Shown here one piece after another: positions 10,354-19,413 of a stretch of 64,000 nt of DNA. Origin of the DNA: an uncultured Gemmatimonadales bacterium (GTDB lineage: Bacteria; Gemmatimonadota; Gemmatimonadetes; Gemmatimonadales; GWC2-71-9); NCBI GenBank assembly GCA_963842945.1, contig CAWJIM010000023.1, positions 416,001 through 480,000 of the forward strand. The letters run 5' to 3'. Position 1 is the first letter of the stretch. Each line of letters begins with the position of its first letter. The notes beneath the pieces were generated by a model. The model was given only the letters and a program-made list of their open reading frames with translations, was not told the origin of the DNA and searched no databases. The translations under genes and the position numbers were made by a program.

Positions 10354-11334
10354 TCAGAGGTATCCCATCTGCCGGTACCAGGCACCGGTGAGCCGAAGAC
10401 CCTGATCGAGCTCTATGCGAGGTTCGTAGCCCAGCTCTCGTTTGGCGCGGGAGATGTCGAACGCCCGGTTCTGGCGATACCAGTCCACTCGCCGGGGAAA
10501 GATCGGCGGCGTGATGCCGAGGGGACGGCAGATTTTCTCCATGACGTGACCTAGGGCCACAATCGGAAGAACGGGATAGTGCGGGATTCGAACGGCAACA
10601 TCGAGAGCCCGCGCAACCGCCTGGACGATCTCCTCGATCGAGTAGTACTTCTCGTCGGCGATCAGATATTCCCGCCCGCTTCCCACTCCCGGTGGCATGC
10701 ACAGCACAAATGCGTCTATCAGATTGTCGATGTAGAGCGGGTGGTACAACGTGCGCCCGGAGCCGAACATCGGGAAGGTGCCATTGGCCACCCGCCGGAA
10801 GATCATGAAGAACCGCTCGGGATCACCCGGGCCGTAGATGGCGGCAGGACGAAGGATGACCACCTCCAGATCTCCCGCCTCGTGTTTGACCAGCGGCTCG
10901 GCTTCGTACTTGGTGCGCTGGTAGTAATCCGCCGGGCGAACAGGAGCATCCTCATTGGCCGGCGGGTGCTGGACATTCCCATGCACACCGCAGGTGCTGC
11001 AGTAGACGAACTTGCGCACCCCGGCCTGGCGCGCGGCATGCAGAACGTTGCGGGTGCCCTCGACATTGACCTCGTCGTAGAACGAATTCGGCACGTTCAG
11101 CTCGCGAAAGGCGGCGGCGAGATGAAACACGAAATCCACGGCGTTCATGCTGCGCTTCACTGCAAGAGGATCGGTCACCGATCCGATCTGCACCTCGGCC
11201 CCCTGGGAGCGGAGCGTGTCAGACTGCAGCCCCTCCTTATAGTCAAAGGCGACCACAGAGTGGCCCATGACGAGCAGCCGCTGGACCAGCGCCGTCCCGG
11301 AAAACCCTGTGCCCCCCGTTACCAGAATCCTCAT
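10354..11334 (-). CDS. NAD-dependent epimerase/dehydratase, paralog of 2858..3853
   Basis: VTGGTGFSG, YQRTK, RPAAIYGPGD; C-terminus resembles the other epimerase. Confidence 0.9.
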   Translation of the reverse strand: MRILVTGGTGFSGTALVQRLLVMGHSVVAFDYKEGLQSDTLRSQGAEVQIGSVTDPLAVKRSMNAVDFVFHLAAAFRELNVPNSFYDEVNVEGTRNVLHAARQAGVRKFVYCSTCGVHGNVQHPPANEDAPVRPADYYQRTKYEAEPLVKHEAGDLEVVILRPAAIYGPGDPERFFMIFRRVANGTFPMFGSGRTLYHPLYIDNLIDAFVLCMPPGVGSGREYLIADEKYYSIEEIVQAVARALDVAVRIPHYPVLPIVALGHVMEKICRPLGITPPIFPRRVDWYRQNRAFDISRAKRELGYEPRIELDQGLRLTGAWYRQMGYL

Positions 11335-11416
11335 ACGCTACCAAATGGTGAGGGTTGCGATCCGCCGGATTGTAAGTGACTATCAGCCATTCAGGTAGCC
11401 AAGCGCCGGGCTCCGG

Positions 11417-11445
11417 TGGACAGGCCTCCGGCCGGGACCTAGCTT
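11417..11445 (+). promoter_or_regulatory. sigma70-like promoter, likely leaderless, for the methyltransferase at 11452
   Basis: TGGACA-17 nt-TAGCTT, then 6 nt to ATG. Confidence 0.5.
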
Positions 11446-11451
11446 CCGAAC

Positions 11452-12204
11452 ATGACGGGCAACGGCCGATACGAGGATGGCTTGGTGGAGGATGCTGACA
11501 TTGCCACCTCGTCGGAAGATTACGCTCGGCGGTTTACCGGCGCAGCAGGGCGCTGGTTCGTCGAGACCCAAACCCGCATAACGCTCGGCTTTCTCAGCAC
11601 CCTTCCGGTGGGCTCTTCAATCCTGGACGTGGGTGGCGGGCATGCTCAGATAACTCCGCCGCTGCTCAAGGCGGGATATGAGGTCACGGTCGTCGGCAGC
11701 GACCCTTCTTGTGGCGTCCGGCTTCAGCCCTGGCTTGCCAATGGCCGGTGCAAGTTCGAGGTGGCCGATCTGCGGGCGCTCCCCTACCTCGATCGTTCCT
11801 TCGATGCGGTAGTCTGTTTGCGGCTACTCCCTCACAGTGTCGACTGGACTGGGTTGATCGGTGAGTTGTGTCGGGTGGCATCGCGCTCGGTGCTCCTTGA
11901 TTATCCCTCGGTGCGCAGCGTCAACATTGTCGCGGAGAGATTTTTCGAGGTCAAGAAAGGGATCGAGCTGAACACCCGGCGTTTCCTGACGTTTTCGCCC
12001 CGCCAGATCCGCGCTGCCTTCGCGGATCACAGCTTCGCCGTGCGCGCAGAGCAGCCGCAATTTCTCTGGCCGATGGTGCTGCACCGCTTGGCCAACCAGT
12101 CACTTCTGAGCAGGGCCGCCGAAGTGCCCGGCCGCTGGCTCGGTCTCACCCGCCGATTCGGTTCACCGGTGATCGTGCGGGCCGATCGCCGGGCCGCCGG
12201 ATAA
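11452..12204 (+). CDS. Class I SAM-dependent methyltransferase
   Basis: ILDVGGGHAQ, LPYLDRSFDAVVC, ELCRVA. Confidence 0.85.
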   Translation: MTGNGRYEDGLVEDADIATSSEDYARRFTGAAGRWFVETQTRITLGFLSTLPVGSSILDVGGGHAQITPPLLKAGYEVTVVGSDPSCGVRLQPWLANGRCKFEVADLRALPYLDRSFDAVVCLRLLPHSVDWTGLIGELCRVASRSVLLDYPSVRSVNIVAERFFEVKKGIELNTRRFLTFSPRQIRAAFADHSFAVRAEQPQFLWPMVLHRLANQSLLSRAAEVPGRWLGLTRRFGSPVIVRADRRAAG

Positions 12205-12254
12205 CAGCGGCCTGGTTCGCTGCCCACTTCAGCAACCTCTCCACTCCAGCCACC

Positions 12255-13511
12255 ATGTCGCGTCCAATCGGACGGTTTCTGGCCTGCGCCGGCCTTCTGT
12301 TCATCGCCCTGGCCACACTGGTGCCCATCCCGCAGCAGGAATTGGCGGCCCGCCTAACCCCTTGGTGGTGCCTCATATGTGGGGAGCATGGTGGCCAGGA
12401 CGTGGTGAACAATGTTCTGCTGTTCATTCCCTTTGCGCTGGGTCTGCGGCTCGCCGGGTTGCCCTCGCGCGCCGTCGTTGCCACCGGTGGCCTTGTCTCG
12501 CTCGGCATCGAGCTCCTGCAATGGAGCGTCGTGCCCGGACGGGACGCGAGCCTGAGCGACGTGCTTACGAACACCATGGGGAGTCTGGTCGGCGCAACCC
12601 TCGCCTCGCACGGGGTTCAGCTGCTGCGGCCGACTGGGCCGACGGTGGTGCGCCTTGCCGGCTGCTGGGGTGCCCTGTGGCTCACCGTTCAGATTGGGAG
12701 CGCCCTCCTGCTTCAGCCCTGGGCACCGGCAGACCAACTGCGGGGATTCTGGGCGCGCCGGGTCTTGGGACACCGCCCATTCGAGGGTGAGGTGGTTTCG
12801 GCGAATCTCTTGGGGGCTCCGATTCCCACCGATTCCCAGCCTCTCACTCCTGAGATGGCGCGACAGATCCGGACCGGACGCTTCGACCTGCAGCTTCGCC
12901 TGCGATCCGGCCGTTCGGGGAAACGGTCCTCAGTGGTCGAGGTGCTGGGTCCGAGGGGTTCAGTAATAGCGATCGAGGCCAACGGTGGAGACCTCGCGTT
13001 CCAACCGCCCATGCGATCGTCTCTCCTTCGCCTGGCAAGGCCAGCCCTTCGGATTCCTGGCGCCCTGAGCTCGCCACCCGGCAGCGTGCTCACTCTTGTG
13101 GCACGGGACCGGGGGTTCGCGCTGGAGGCCGAATGGACCAGTTCCGGCCTGACCCAGCGGGCCCGCCAGGCCCTTGGTCCGAGCCTCGGCTGGAGCCTGC
13201 TGGCGCCCTTTCGACACACCTATGGGCGGGGCACCTCCGTCATCACCTTGGTCTGGCTGGCCGCCTGGCTCCTCCCGCTTGGGTACTGGACGCCGCACGT
13301 CTCGGGGAGACCTTTCCTTAGTTGGGGTGCTGTGCTCCTGCTGGTTGCTCTCGGAGTTGGACTGGTCCCGCTCCTGACGGGCTATGCGCCGGCCAGGTTC
13401 TCCGAGTGGCTGGGAGCTCTGCTGGGGCTCGCTGCCGGAGCGGCCGGGTACTGGGGCACGACTTATTTTGAGGCGAGATGCGACTCTCTTTCCACCAGAG
13501 AATCCTCCTGA
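12255..13511 (+). CDS. VanZ-family membrane protein
   Basis: DVVNNVLLFIPFAL, SLGIELLQ..VPGRDASLSDVLTNTMG VanZ motif; additional C-terminal TM helices. Confidence 0.8.
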   Translation: MSRPIGRFLACAGLLFIALATLVPIPQQELAARLTPWWCLICGEHGGQDVVNNVLLFIPFALGLRLAGLPSRAVVATGGLVSLGIELLQWSVVPGRDASLSDVLTNTMGSLVGATLASHGVQLLRPTGPTVVRLAGCWGALWLTVQIGSALLLQPWAPADQLRGFWARRVLGHRPFEGEVVSANLLGAPIPTDSQPLTPEMARQIRTGRFDLQLRLRSGRSGKRSSVVEVLGPRGSVIAIEANGGDLAFQPPMRSSLLRLARPALRIPGALSSPPGSVLTLVARDRGFALEAEWTSSGLTQRARQALGPSLGWSLLAPFRHTYGRGTSVITLVWLAAWLLPLGYWTPHVSGRPFLSWGAVLLLVALGVGLVPLLTGYAPARFSEWLGALLGLAAGAAGYWGTTYFEARCDSLSTRESS

Positions 13512-14665
13512 TCCTGATCTGCCTGGGGGCGGTGCCAACCGCACTCGCCATGCTTGGGTGGGGTCTGACCCTGCGCTCGACAACCCAGGCGCCCGGGCCT
13601 CGTGATGCAATCGAAGGCGTGGCGCAATCAGGCCGGGTGCTGCTGCGCAGCATAGACTCCACCAGACTGCAGCCGACTGAACGCCATGCTCTCGCCGATC
13701 ACGCCACCAAGCTGAACACCGCGATCGGCCAGTTTCAGCGCGCCGACACCTTCAACCGGTACTATTACGCCGGCCTCGGTATTCTCATCCTTCTGCTGGG
13801 TGGGGCCTTTCTGTACGCCTCGGTGCGGTTCGGCGGGCACCTGTCTCGCCAGCTCAGCCGCCCCATCGAGGAGTTGATCGGGTGGACCGGAAATATCCGG
13901 CGGATGGAGCCGCTGCCGCCTGACAGCCCACGGCGGGGCGCTCCCGAGTTTACTGCCCTCCGAACAGCCCTCCGCGAAATGGCCGGTGGTCTCGAGCGGG
14001 CCCGAATGCAGGAGATCGAGGCGGAGCGGCTGCGAGCATTTCGGGAGACCGCCAGGCGGGTCGCACACGAGATGCGTAACCCGCTGACTCCGATCCGCCT
14101 GGCCATAGCTCAGCTGAGCCGATCGGCCGCTCCGGAGCAGGCCGAGGCCATCGACGTATTGGCCGCGGAGTCGGATCGGCTGGAGCAACTCGCCCGCGAG
14201 TTCACCGAATTCGGACGCCTGCCGGAAGGCCCGGCCGCTCCGGTCGACTTCACCGAGCTCCTGGCCGAGCTGACTCGCACTTCACTCCCACCCAGTATGA
14301 CCGCACGGCTGGAGCTCGACCCCAGAACACCCGTGCTGCTCGGCTACTACGACCCACTGCGCCGCGCGTTCAGCAACATTCTCCGAAATGCCGCTGAAGC
14401 GTGCGAGGGCAAAGGCGAGCTGGAGATCGTGGCCGCACCGTACAACGGCGGCGGAGTTCGAATCGAAATTCGGGACCACGGTCCGGGCGTTCCGCCGGAG
14501 ATGGCGCAGCACATCTTCGATCCCTATTGCACCGGTAAGCCGGGCGGGACCGGCCTTGGCCTCGCGCTGGTGAAGCAGACCATCGAAATGCATGGGGGCT
14601 CCATCGAGGTGGGCGACACGCCGGGGGGCGGCGCCACGTTCGTAGTTCAGATGGCGCCGACATGA
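13478..14665 (+). CDS. Membrane sensor histidine kinase (NtrY-like)
   Basis: Two TM, HAMP-like region, H-box AHEMRNPLTPI, N-box NILRNA, DHGPG, GTGLGL. Confidence 0.92.
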   Translation: MRLSFHQRILLILICLGAVPTALAMLGWGLTLRSTTQAPGPRDAIEGVAQSGRVLLRSIDSTRLQPTERHALADHATKLNTAIGQFQRADTFNRYYYAGLGILILLLGGAFLYASVRFGGHLSRQLSRPIEELIGWTGNIRRMEPLPPDSPRRGAPEFTALRTALREMAGGLERARMQEIEAERLRAFRETARRVAHEMRNPLTPIRLAIAQLSRSAAPEQAEAIDVLAAESDRLEQLAREFTEFGRLPEGPAAPVDFTELLAELTRTSLPPSMTARLELDPRTPVLLGYYDPLRRAFSNILRNAAEACEGKGELEIVAAPYNGGGVRIEIRDHGPGVPPEMAQHIFDPYCTGKPGGTGLGLALVKQTIEMHGGSIEVGDTPGGGATFVVQMAPT

Positions 14666-16038
14666 GTGACGGGGCTCAGGTCCTGCTGGTGGATGATGAG
14701 GCCAACATTCGCCGGATGCTTGGAGCCCTCCTTCGAACCGAAGGGTTCGTGGTGACTGAGGCGCCGAACGGGAACTCCGCCTTATTGTTGCTCGACGAGA
14801 TCGATCCCGACGTGGTGCTGCTCGATCTTCTCATGCCGCCGGGGCCCGATGGGCTGGAGACTCTCACCCAGCTGCGGGACCGCGGAACCGGAGCACCGGT
14901 CATCATGATGAGCGGCAAAGCCCAGCTCACCGACGCGGTTCGGGCGGTGAAGCTCGGGGCCTTTCAGTTTCTGGAGAAGCCGCTCAGCCCCGAGGCGGTG
15001 CTGGTCACGGTTCGAGCAGCGCTCGAGCTCAATCGAACCCGAGCGCAAAACCGCGCTCTCCAGGAAGAGCTGGGCCGCCGGTCAACTCTCATCGGGGAAG
15101 GCCCGGCCATGCAGCAGGTGCGAGCTCTGATTGCACGGGTGGCCCCCACCGAAGCGCGGGTACTCATTACCGGTGAGTCCGGTACCGGGAAAGAGCTGGT
15201 TGCCGCGGCCATTCACGGGTCCAGCCGCCGAAAGGGCCGGCCGTTCATCACCGTGAATTGCGCGGCGATTCCGCGGGATCTGGTGGAGTCGGAGATGTTC
15301 GGACATGAGCGCGGGGCGTTTACCGGCGCCACCGAACGCCGGCTGGGGCGCTTCGAGCTGGCGCACGGGGGGACCCTGTTCCTCGACGAAGTCGGCGATC
15401 TGAGCCAGGAGGCTCAGGCCAAGCTGCTCCGGACTCTGGAGACTGGTGAGCTGCAGCGGATCGGAGCTGAAGCCACCACCCGGATCGATGCCCGGGCTAT
15501 TGCAGCCACCAATCGTCAGCTGGGCGACGCCGTCCAGCACGGAGCTTTCCGGGAAGACCTCTTTTTCCGGCTGAATGTATTCCCAATCGAGATTCCTCCG
15601 TTGCGGGAGCGGCTGGAGGACCTTCCTGCCCTCGTTTCCCACTTGGCGGAGCGAGTCAGGCCAGGTCACGCCGTGAGCTTTACCGAGGCGGCGCTCGCCG
15701 CCCTGTCGGGGTATTCCTGGCCCGGCAACATACGGGAGCTGGCCAATCTGGTTGAACGTCTCAGCATTCTGAGCGGACCGGTGATCGATGCATCGGCGGT
15801 TCGCCAGGTGCTCCGTGGGGGAAATTCGTCGGCTCCAGTCAATCAGCAGTCGGCCCTGTTGGGCCGTTCTCTGACGGATGCGCTGGACGAGTACGAACGG
15901 GAGCTCATCACCGCCGCACTTACTCAGGCGCAGGGGAACATGGCCGAGGCCGCGCGGATCCTCCAGACCGACCGGGCCAACCTCTATCGGCGGATGCGCC
16001 GGCTAGGGGTGGAAAAGAGCGCCGAGGTCGAGCTGTAA
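14662..16038 (+). CDS. sigma54-dependent response regulator (NtrC/NtrX family)
   Basis: REC domain (VDDE...LLDL), GESGTGKE, GAFTGA, LFLDEV, WPGNIREL, C-terminal HTH; ATGA-coupled to the kinase. Confidence 0.95.
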   Translation: MSDGAQVLLVDDEANIRRMLGALLRTEGFVVTEAPNGNSALLLLDEIDPDVVLLDLLMPPGPDGLETLTQLRDRGTGAPVIMMSGKAQLTDAVRAVKLGAFQFLEKPLSPEAVLVTVRAALELNRTRAQNRALQEELGRRSTLIGEGPAMQQVRALIARVAPTEARVLITGESGTGKELVAAAIHGSSRRKGRPFITVNCAAIPRDLVESEMFGHERGAFTGATERRLGRFELAHGGTLFLDEVGDLSQEAQAKLLRTLETGELQRIGAEATTRIDARAIAATNRQLGDAVQHGAFREDLFFRLNVFPIEIPPLRERLEDLPALVSHLAERVRPGHAVSFTEAALAALSGYSWPGNIRELANLVERLSILSGPVIDASAVRQVLRGGNSSAPVNQQSALLGRSLTDALDEYERELITAALTQAQGNMAEAARILQTDRANLYRRMRRLGVEKSAEVEL

Positions 16039-16064
16039 ATCCCTTCAGCTGCGAGACCCGTTCC

Positions 16065-17798
16065 ATGCGTCTGACCATCGCGGGGCTGCTGCTCGCCCTT
16101 GCCGGGCCAGTGTGGGCTCAGGACAGCGTTATCGTCATCGACCCCAATGCGCGCCCGAGCGATTCGTTCGTGCGCGGTGGCCCGCCGGCAGATGTGGTCA
16201 CCGACCTGATTGCCTTCTACAACGACTCCGCCACCACCCGGATGCAGGGCGACGTCACTATTCCCGCCGGCACCAGGATCGACGGGAAACTGGCCCTGTA
16301 CGGCGGGTCCTTGACGATCGCCGGACGAGTTGCCGGACCCGTCGCGGTCGCCAATGGAACGCTGTATCTGCTGCCCGGATCGGCGGTAGAAGGTGAGATT
16401 CTGGTCGTGGGAGGGCGGCTGCTCCGGTCCGAGCAGGTGCAGCATGCCGGTCCGGAACGGGTGTATTGGGATGCCGCGCCCGTGGTCAGGGGAAGTGATG
16501 GCCTGCTCGCATTGAGAGAGCGGCGGCGGCCGTTGGGCGAGATTGCCACCGCCAGCGCGACCTTCCAAACTGGGCGGATCCGCACCACGCTGTCGCTCTC
16601 CACCGGCGGCACCTACAACCGAATCGAGGGGCTTCCAGTCCACTTCGGCCCACTCTTCGAATTTCGTCCTTCCCCCAGCATCTATACCCGGCTCGACGCC
16701 CGGGGCATCCTCCGAACCGCGGGCCAGAGTACCGACTCGCGCAGCGATTTCGGGTACGTGGTCCGGGGCGACGTGCGCTTTGCCGGGGGCACCGAGTTTG
16801 GCCTGGGCGGCCGCCTCTACAGCGAAGTCGAGCCGATCGAAGACCAGCCCCTCTCTATTGGGGAAAACGGATGGGCGTCGTTTCTGCTGCAGCGGGACTA
16901 CCGCGACTACTACGAGCGACAAGGTTTCGCCGGCTCGGCCTACGTCCTACCGATCTCCACCCTTCGGCTGGAGCTCACTCTGGGCTGGGACGCGGAGACA
17001 TCGGTCCGCGCGAGCGATCCCTGGTCCCTATTTCGCAACAGTGACCGCTGGCGACGCAATCCCCTGATCGACGACGGGCACTACTTCAGCACCGGTTTTC
17101 TGGCCGAGTTCGACACCCGCAACGATCGGGACCTGCCCACCACCGGCTGGTGGCTGAGCGGACGATACGAGCATCTCACCAGCGACGATATCGCTCCGGT
17201 AGCGTTGCCGCCGGTCGTGCGCCCCCCACCCCCGACAGGAGGCGGCTACGGAACCGATCGGTTGTCCTTCGACCTTAGGCGCTACGCCAGACTCACGCCC
17301 TCGCTTCGGGTAAACGCGCGGGTCCTGGCCGACGGCTGGATTGCGGGAGACCGGCTCCCGCTTCAGCGACGGCTGTCCCTCGGCGGCACCGACGTGTTGC
17401 CCGGCTTCGACTTTCGAGCCTTCACTTGCGCACCAACCGGATTCAACGATCCGGCGCAGCCGGCGCTCTGCGACCGGTCAATCGCCACCCAGCTGGAAGT
17501 GCGTACCCACCTGAAGCTCAACCTGGGATACCGGATGCCTGAGCGCGGCCCCGAGAAGCCTGGCCGATTCATTGGCATCGAAGAGGCCGACCTGGTTTTT
17601 CTCAGCGACGCCGGAAAGTCCTGGCTTGCCGGTGACGGACCGGGACAGGTGCCGGTCAACCGGATTCCGGTTCTGAGCGAGTGGGCGCTCGACGTAGGGG
17701 TGGGGCTCGATGCCGGCGAGATCGCGGCGTACCTGGCGAAGAGTCTCACCTCGGGAGAGTCGGTGAAGTTTACCGTCAGGCTGCAGCGCCGCTTCTAG
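16065..17798 (+). CDS. Outer-membrane Omp85/BamA-TamA-like beta-barrel with N-terminal beta-helical (bactofilin-like) segment
   Basis: Signal peptide; GDVTI..GKLALYGGSLTIAGRVAGPVAVANG repeats; YNRIEG; DTRND; SLGG..LPGF; ends in Phe (RLQRRF). Confidence 0.7.
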   Translation: MRLTIAGLLLALAGPVWAQDSVIVIDPNARPSDSFVRGGPPADVVTDLIAFYNDSATTRMQGDVTIPAGTRIDGKLALYGGSLTIAGRVAGPVAVANGTLYLLPGSAVEGEILVVGGRLLRSEQVQHAGPERVYWDAAPVVRGSDGLLALRERRRPLGEIATASATFQTGRIRTTLSLSTGGTYNRIEGLPVHFGPLFEFRPSPSIYTRLDARGILRTAGQSTDSRSDFGYVVRGDVRFAGGTEFGLGGRLYSEVEPIEDQPLSIGENGWASFLLQRDYRDYYERQGFAGSAYVLPISTLRLELTLGWDAETSVRASDPWSLFRNSDRWRRNPLIDDGHYFSTGFLAEFDTRNDRDLPTTGWWLSGRYEHLTSDDIAPVALPPVVRPPPPTGGGYGTDRLSFDLRRYARLTPSLRVNARVLADGWIAGDRLPLQRRLSLGGTDVLPGFDFRAFTCAPTGFNDPAQPALCDRSIATQLEVRTHLKLNLGYRMPERGPEKPGRFIGIEEADLVFLSDAGKSWLAGDGPGQVPVNRIPVLSEWALDVGVGLDAGEIAAYLAKSLTSGESVKFTVRLQRRF

Positions 17799-18490
17799 TG
17801 TCGTTCTCGCCGGATCCGCTGCTGCGCTTTCTTCGATGGGGAACCTGTGCGATGGTGAGCGCCGGGTGCCTGTCCATGAGGCCTTTGCCACTGCTGGCTC
17901 AGGAGTCGGGCGACATTCGGTTGCTCATCTCGCTGGCCTCGGATTCCGCCCCAAATGGCTCCCGAGCCCCCATCGTACGATCGGAGAACATGCTGGAAGG
18001 CAACAACCGCTGGCTTTCCGCCCTGCGATCAGGGTTGCCCGTGCGTCTGCATTATCGCGTGGAGGTGTGGCGGTCGCGGGGGGCGTGGTTCGACAGCTTC
18101 GAGCGGCAGGCCGAATGGGATGTCCTGGTTCGGCACGAGCCATTGCTGGACCAGTACACCCTCGTCACCTTCGTCGGGAGAGCTCGTCAGGAGCGACGCT
18201 ACGCGACCATCGATGCCTTGGGCGCCGCGCTGGCCTTTGCCTACCAGGTTAACGTGAGGCCGGCCGAGCCCGGCCGCTACTACTACGCGGGAAGCCTGCA
18301 GGTCACCACGCTCTCAGACTCTGACCTGGATGAGCTGGAACGATTTCTGGCGGGAGATATGGGCCAGGCCGACCGGGACGGAAATTTGGGTGACGCACTG
18401 GGACGCGAAGCCACTCGATTCCTGCTCCGACTCGCGGGTCTCCCCAGCCTGAGACTGGAAGTGAGAAGCCCACCCTTTACGGTTCGCTGA
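17798..18490 (+). CDS. DUF4390-like exported protein
   Basis: Signal-like N-terminus; ALRSGLPVRLHYRVEVWRSR..WFD and HEPLLDQY pattern; GTG overlaps the upstream TAG. Confidence 0.6.
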   Translation: MSFSPDPLLRFLRWGTCAMVSAGCLSMRPLPLLAQESGDIRLLISLASDSAPNGSRAPIVRSENMLEGNNRWLSALRSGLPVRLHYRVEVWRSRGAWFDSFERQAEWDVLVRHEPLLDQYTLVTFVGRARQERRYATIDALGAALAFAYQVNVRPAEPGRYYYAGSLQVTTLSDSDLDELERFLAGDMGQADRDGNLGDALGREATRFLLRLAGLPSLRLEVRSPPFTVR

Positions 18491-18496
18491 ACTCCG

Positions 18497-19051
18497 CTAG
18501 ATCGTCCCACCCAACGCCCGCAGCGCCTCTTCACCATAGAAGAGCTTGATGTATTTGGCTTGGGTGACAGAAAGTCGGCGAACTGCCCAGGAGAGATGAA
18601 CGAAGTGCGGCTCGTGAGGTGGAACCGCCGGATGCATGCCGCATTCCTGCGGCAGGTGGTTCCCTTTGCGAGTGTTACAGGAACTGCAGGCGGTCACCAC
18701 ATTGCTCCAGTCGTTGTCACCGCCGCGGGAGAGCGGGATCAGGTGATCTCGGGTCAGGCACTCCCGATGCCGCAGATCCGATTGCCCACGGTGACAGTAC
18801 TGGCACCGGTAGCCATCGCGAGCAAAGAGGAATGTGTTGGTGACTTGACGACGGAAGCGGCGGGGAACGTGTACGAACTTGACGAGCCGGATTATTGCAG
18901 GTTTGGGAAGAACCAAACGTTCGCTTCGGACAACGTCGCCGTCATCCGACTCGACGATCTCGGCTTTTCCCTCGATGACCAACCTGAGGGCACGCCGTAC
19001 CGGGACCATGGTGAGCGGTTCAAACGAGGCGTTCAACGCCAGACACCGCAC
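18497..19051 (-). CDS. HNH endonuclease (McrA-like)
   Basis: LALNASFEPL, RDGYRCQYC, LTRDHLIPLSRGG..WSNVVTACSSCNTRKG; GGGAGA RBS. Confidence 0.92.
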   Translation of the reverse strand: MRCLALNASFEPLTMVPVRRALRLVIEGKAEIVESDDGDVVRSERLVLPKPAIIRLVKFVHVPRRFRRQVTNTFLFARDGYRCQYCHRGQSDLRHRECLTRDHLIPLSRGGDNDWSNVVTACSSCNTRKGNHLPQECGMHPAVPPHEPHFVHLSWAVRRLSVTQAKYIKLFYGEEALRALGGTI

Positions 19052-19137
19052 GCGACTTCTCCCAATGTGGTGAACGAGGCCGTACCCCTACTGCTGCGGT
19101 TGCCCCCGGATTTCTCAACCCCGCAGGCAGGCACAGC

Positions 19138-19153
19138 CGCAAGTCCCGGACCA
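19138..19153 (-). promoter_or_regulatory. Putative sigma54 (-24/-12) promoter upstream of the HNH gene
   Basis: Minus strand TGGTCCGGGACTTGCG = GG-N10-GC with TTGC, ~85 nt before the GTG. Confidence 0.5.
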
Positions 19154-19264
19154 ACGTGGGCTAACTCACAGCGATATCGTATCGTAATGAGCGACATGTG
19201 CAGGAGCAAGGGAACGGTACGGGCTCCCAAGGGAGGTCACCTTGGATCGGGAGCCGGACCCTAG

Positions 19265-19370
19265 GTGCTCCTGCGGGAGGCTCATCGCCGAGGCCAAGAG
19301 CAATGGTTTGCCCCAAATCGCCTGACCAACCTCAGGCGCCTGCGGCTACGCCGCTTGATCCAGGCTCCTG
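19265..19370 (+). pseudogene. Remnant N-terminal fragment of a paralog of the adjacent PaaK-like ligase
   Basis: RRGQEQWFAPNRLTNLRRLRLRRL aligns with RRGAEQWSSPARLRQLRAHRLRRL of the downstream gene. Confidence 0.55.
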
Positions 19371-19378
19371 AGGTGGAC

Positions 19379-19407
19379 TTGGCGCACGAAACCGGCTGGT
19401 CTAATTT
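19379..19407 (+). promoter_or_regulatory. sigma70-like promoter for the PaaK-like ligase
   Basis: TTGGCG-17 nt-TAATTT, 6 nt before an in-frame ATC. Confidence 0.5.
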
Positions 19408-19413
19408 TGTGCT

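Noticed and set aside
18497..19051. Homing endonuclease, IscB or other mobile element
   Set aside because: Short stand-alone McrA-like HNH with no RuvC motifs, intron context or terminal repeats
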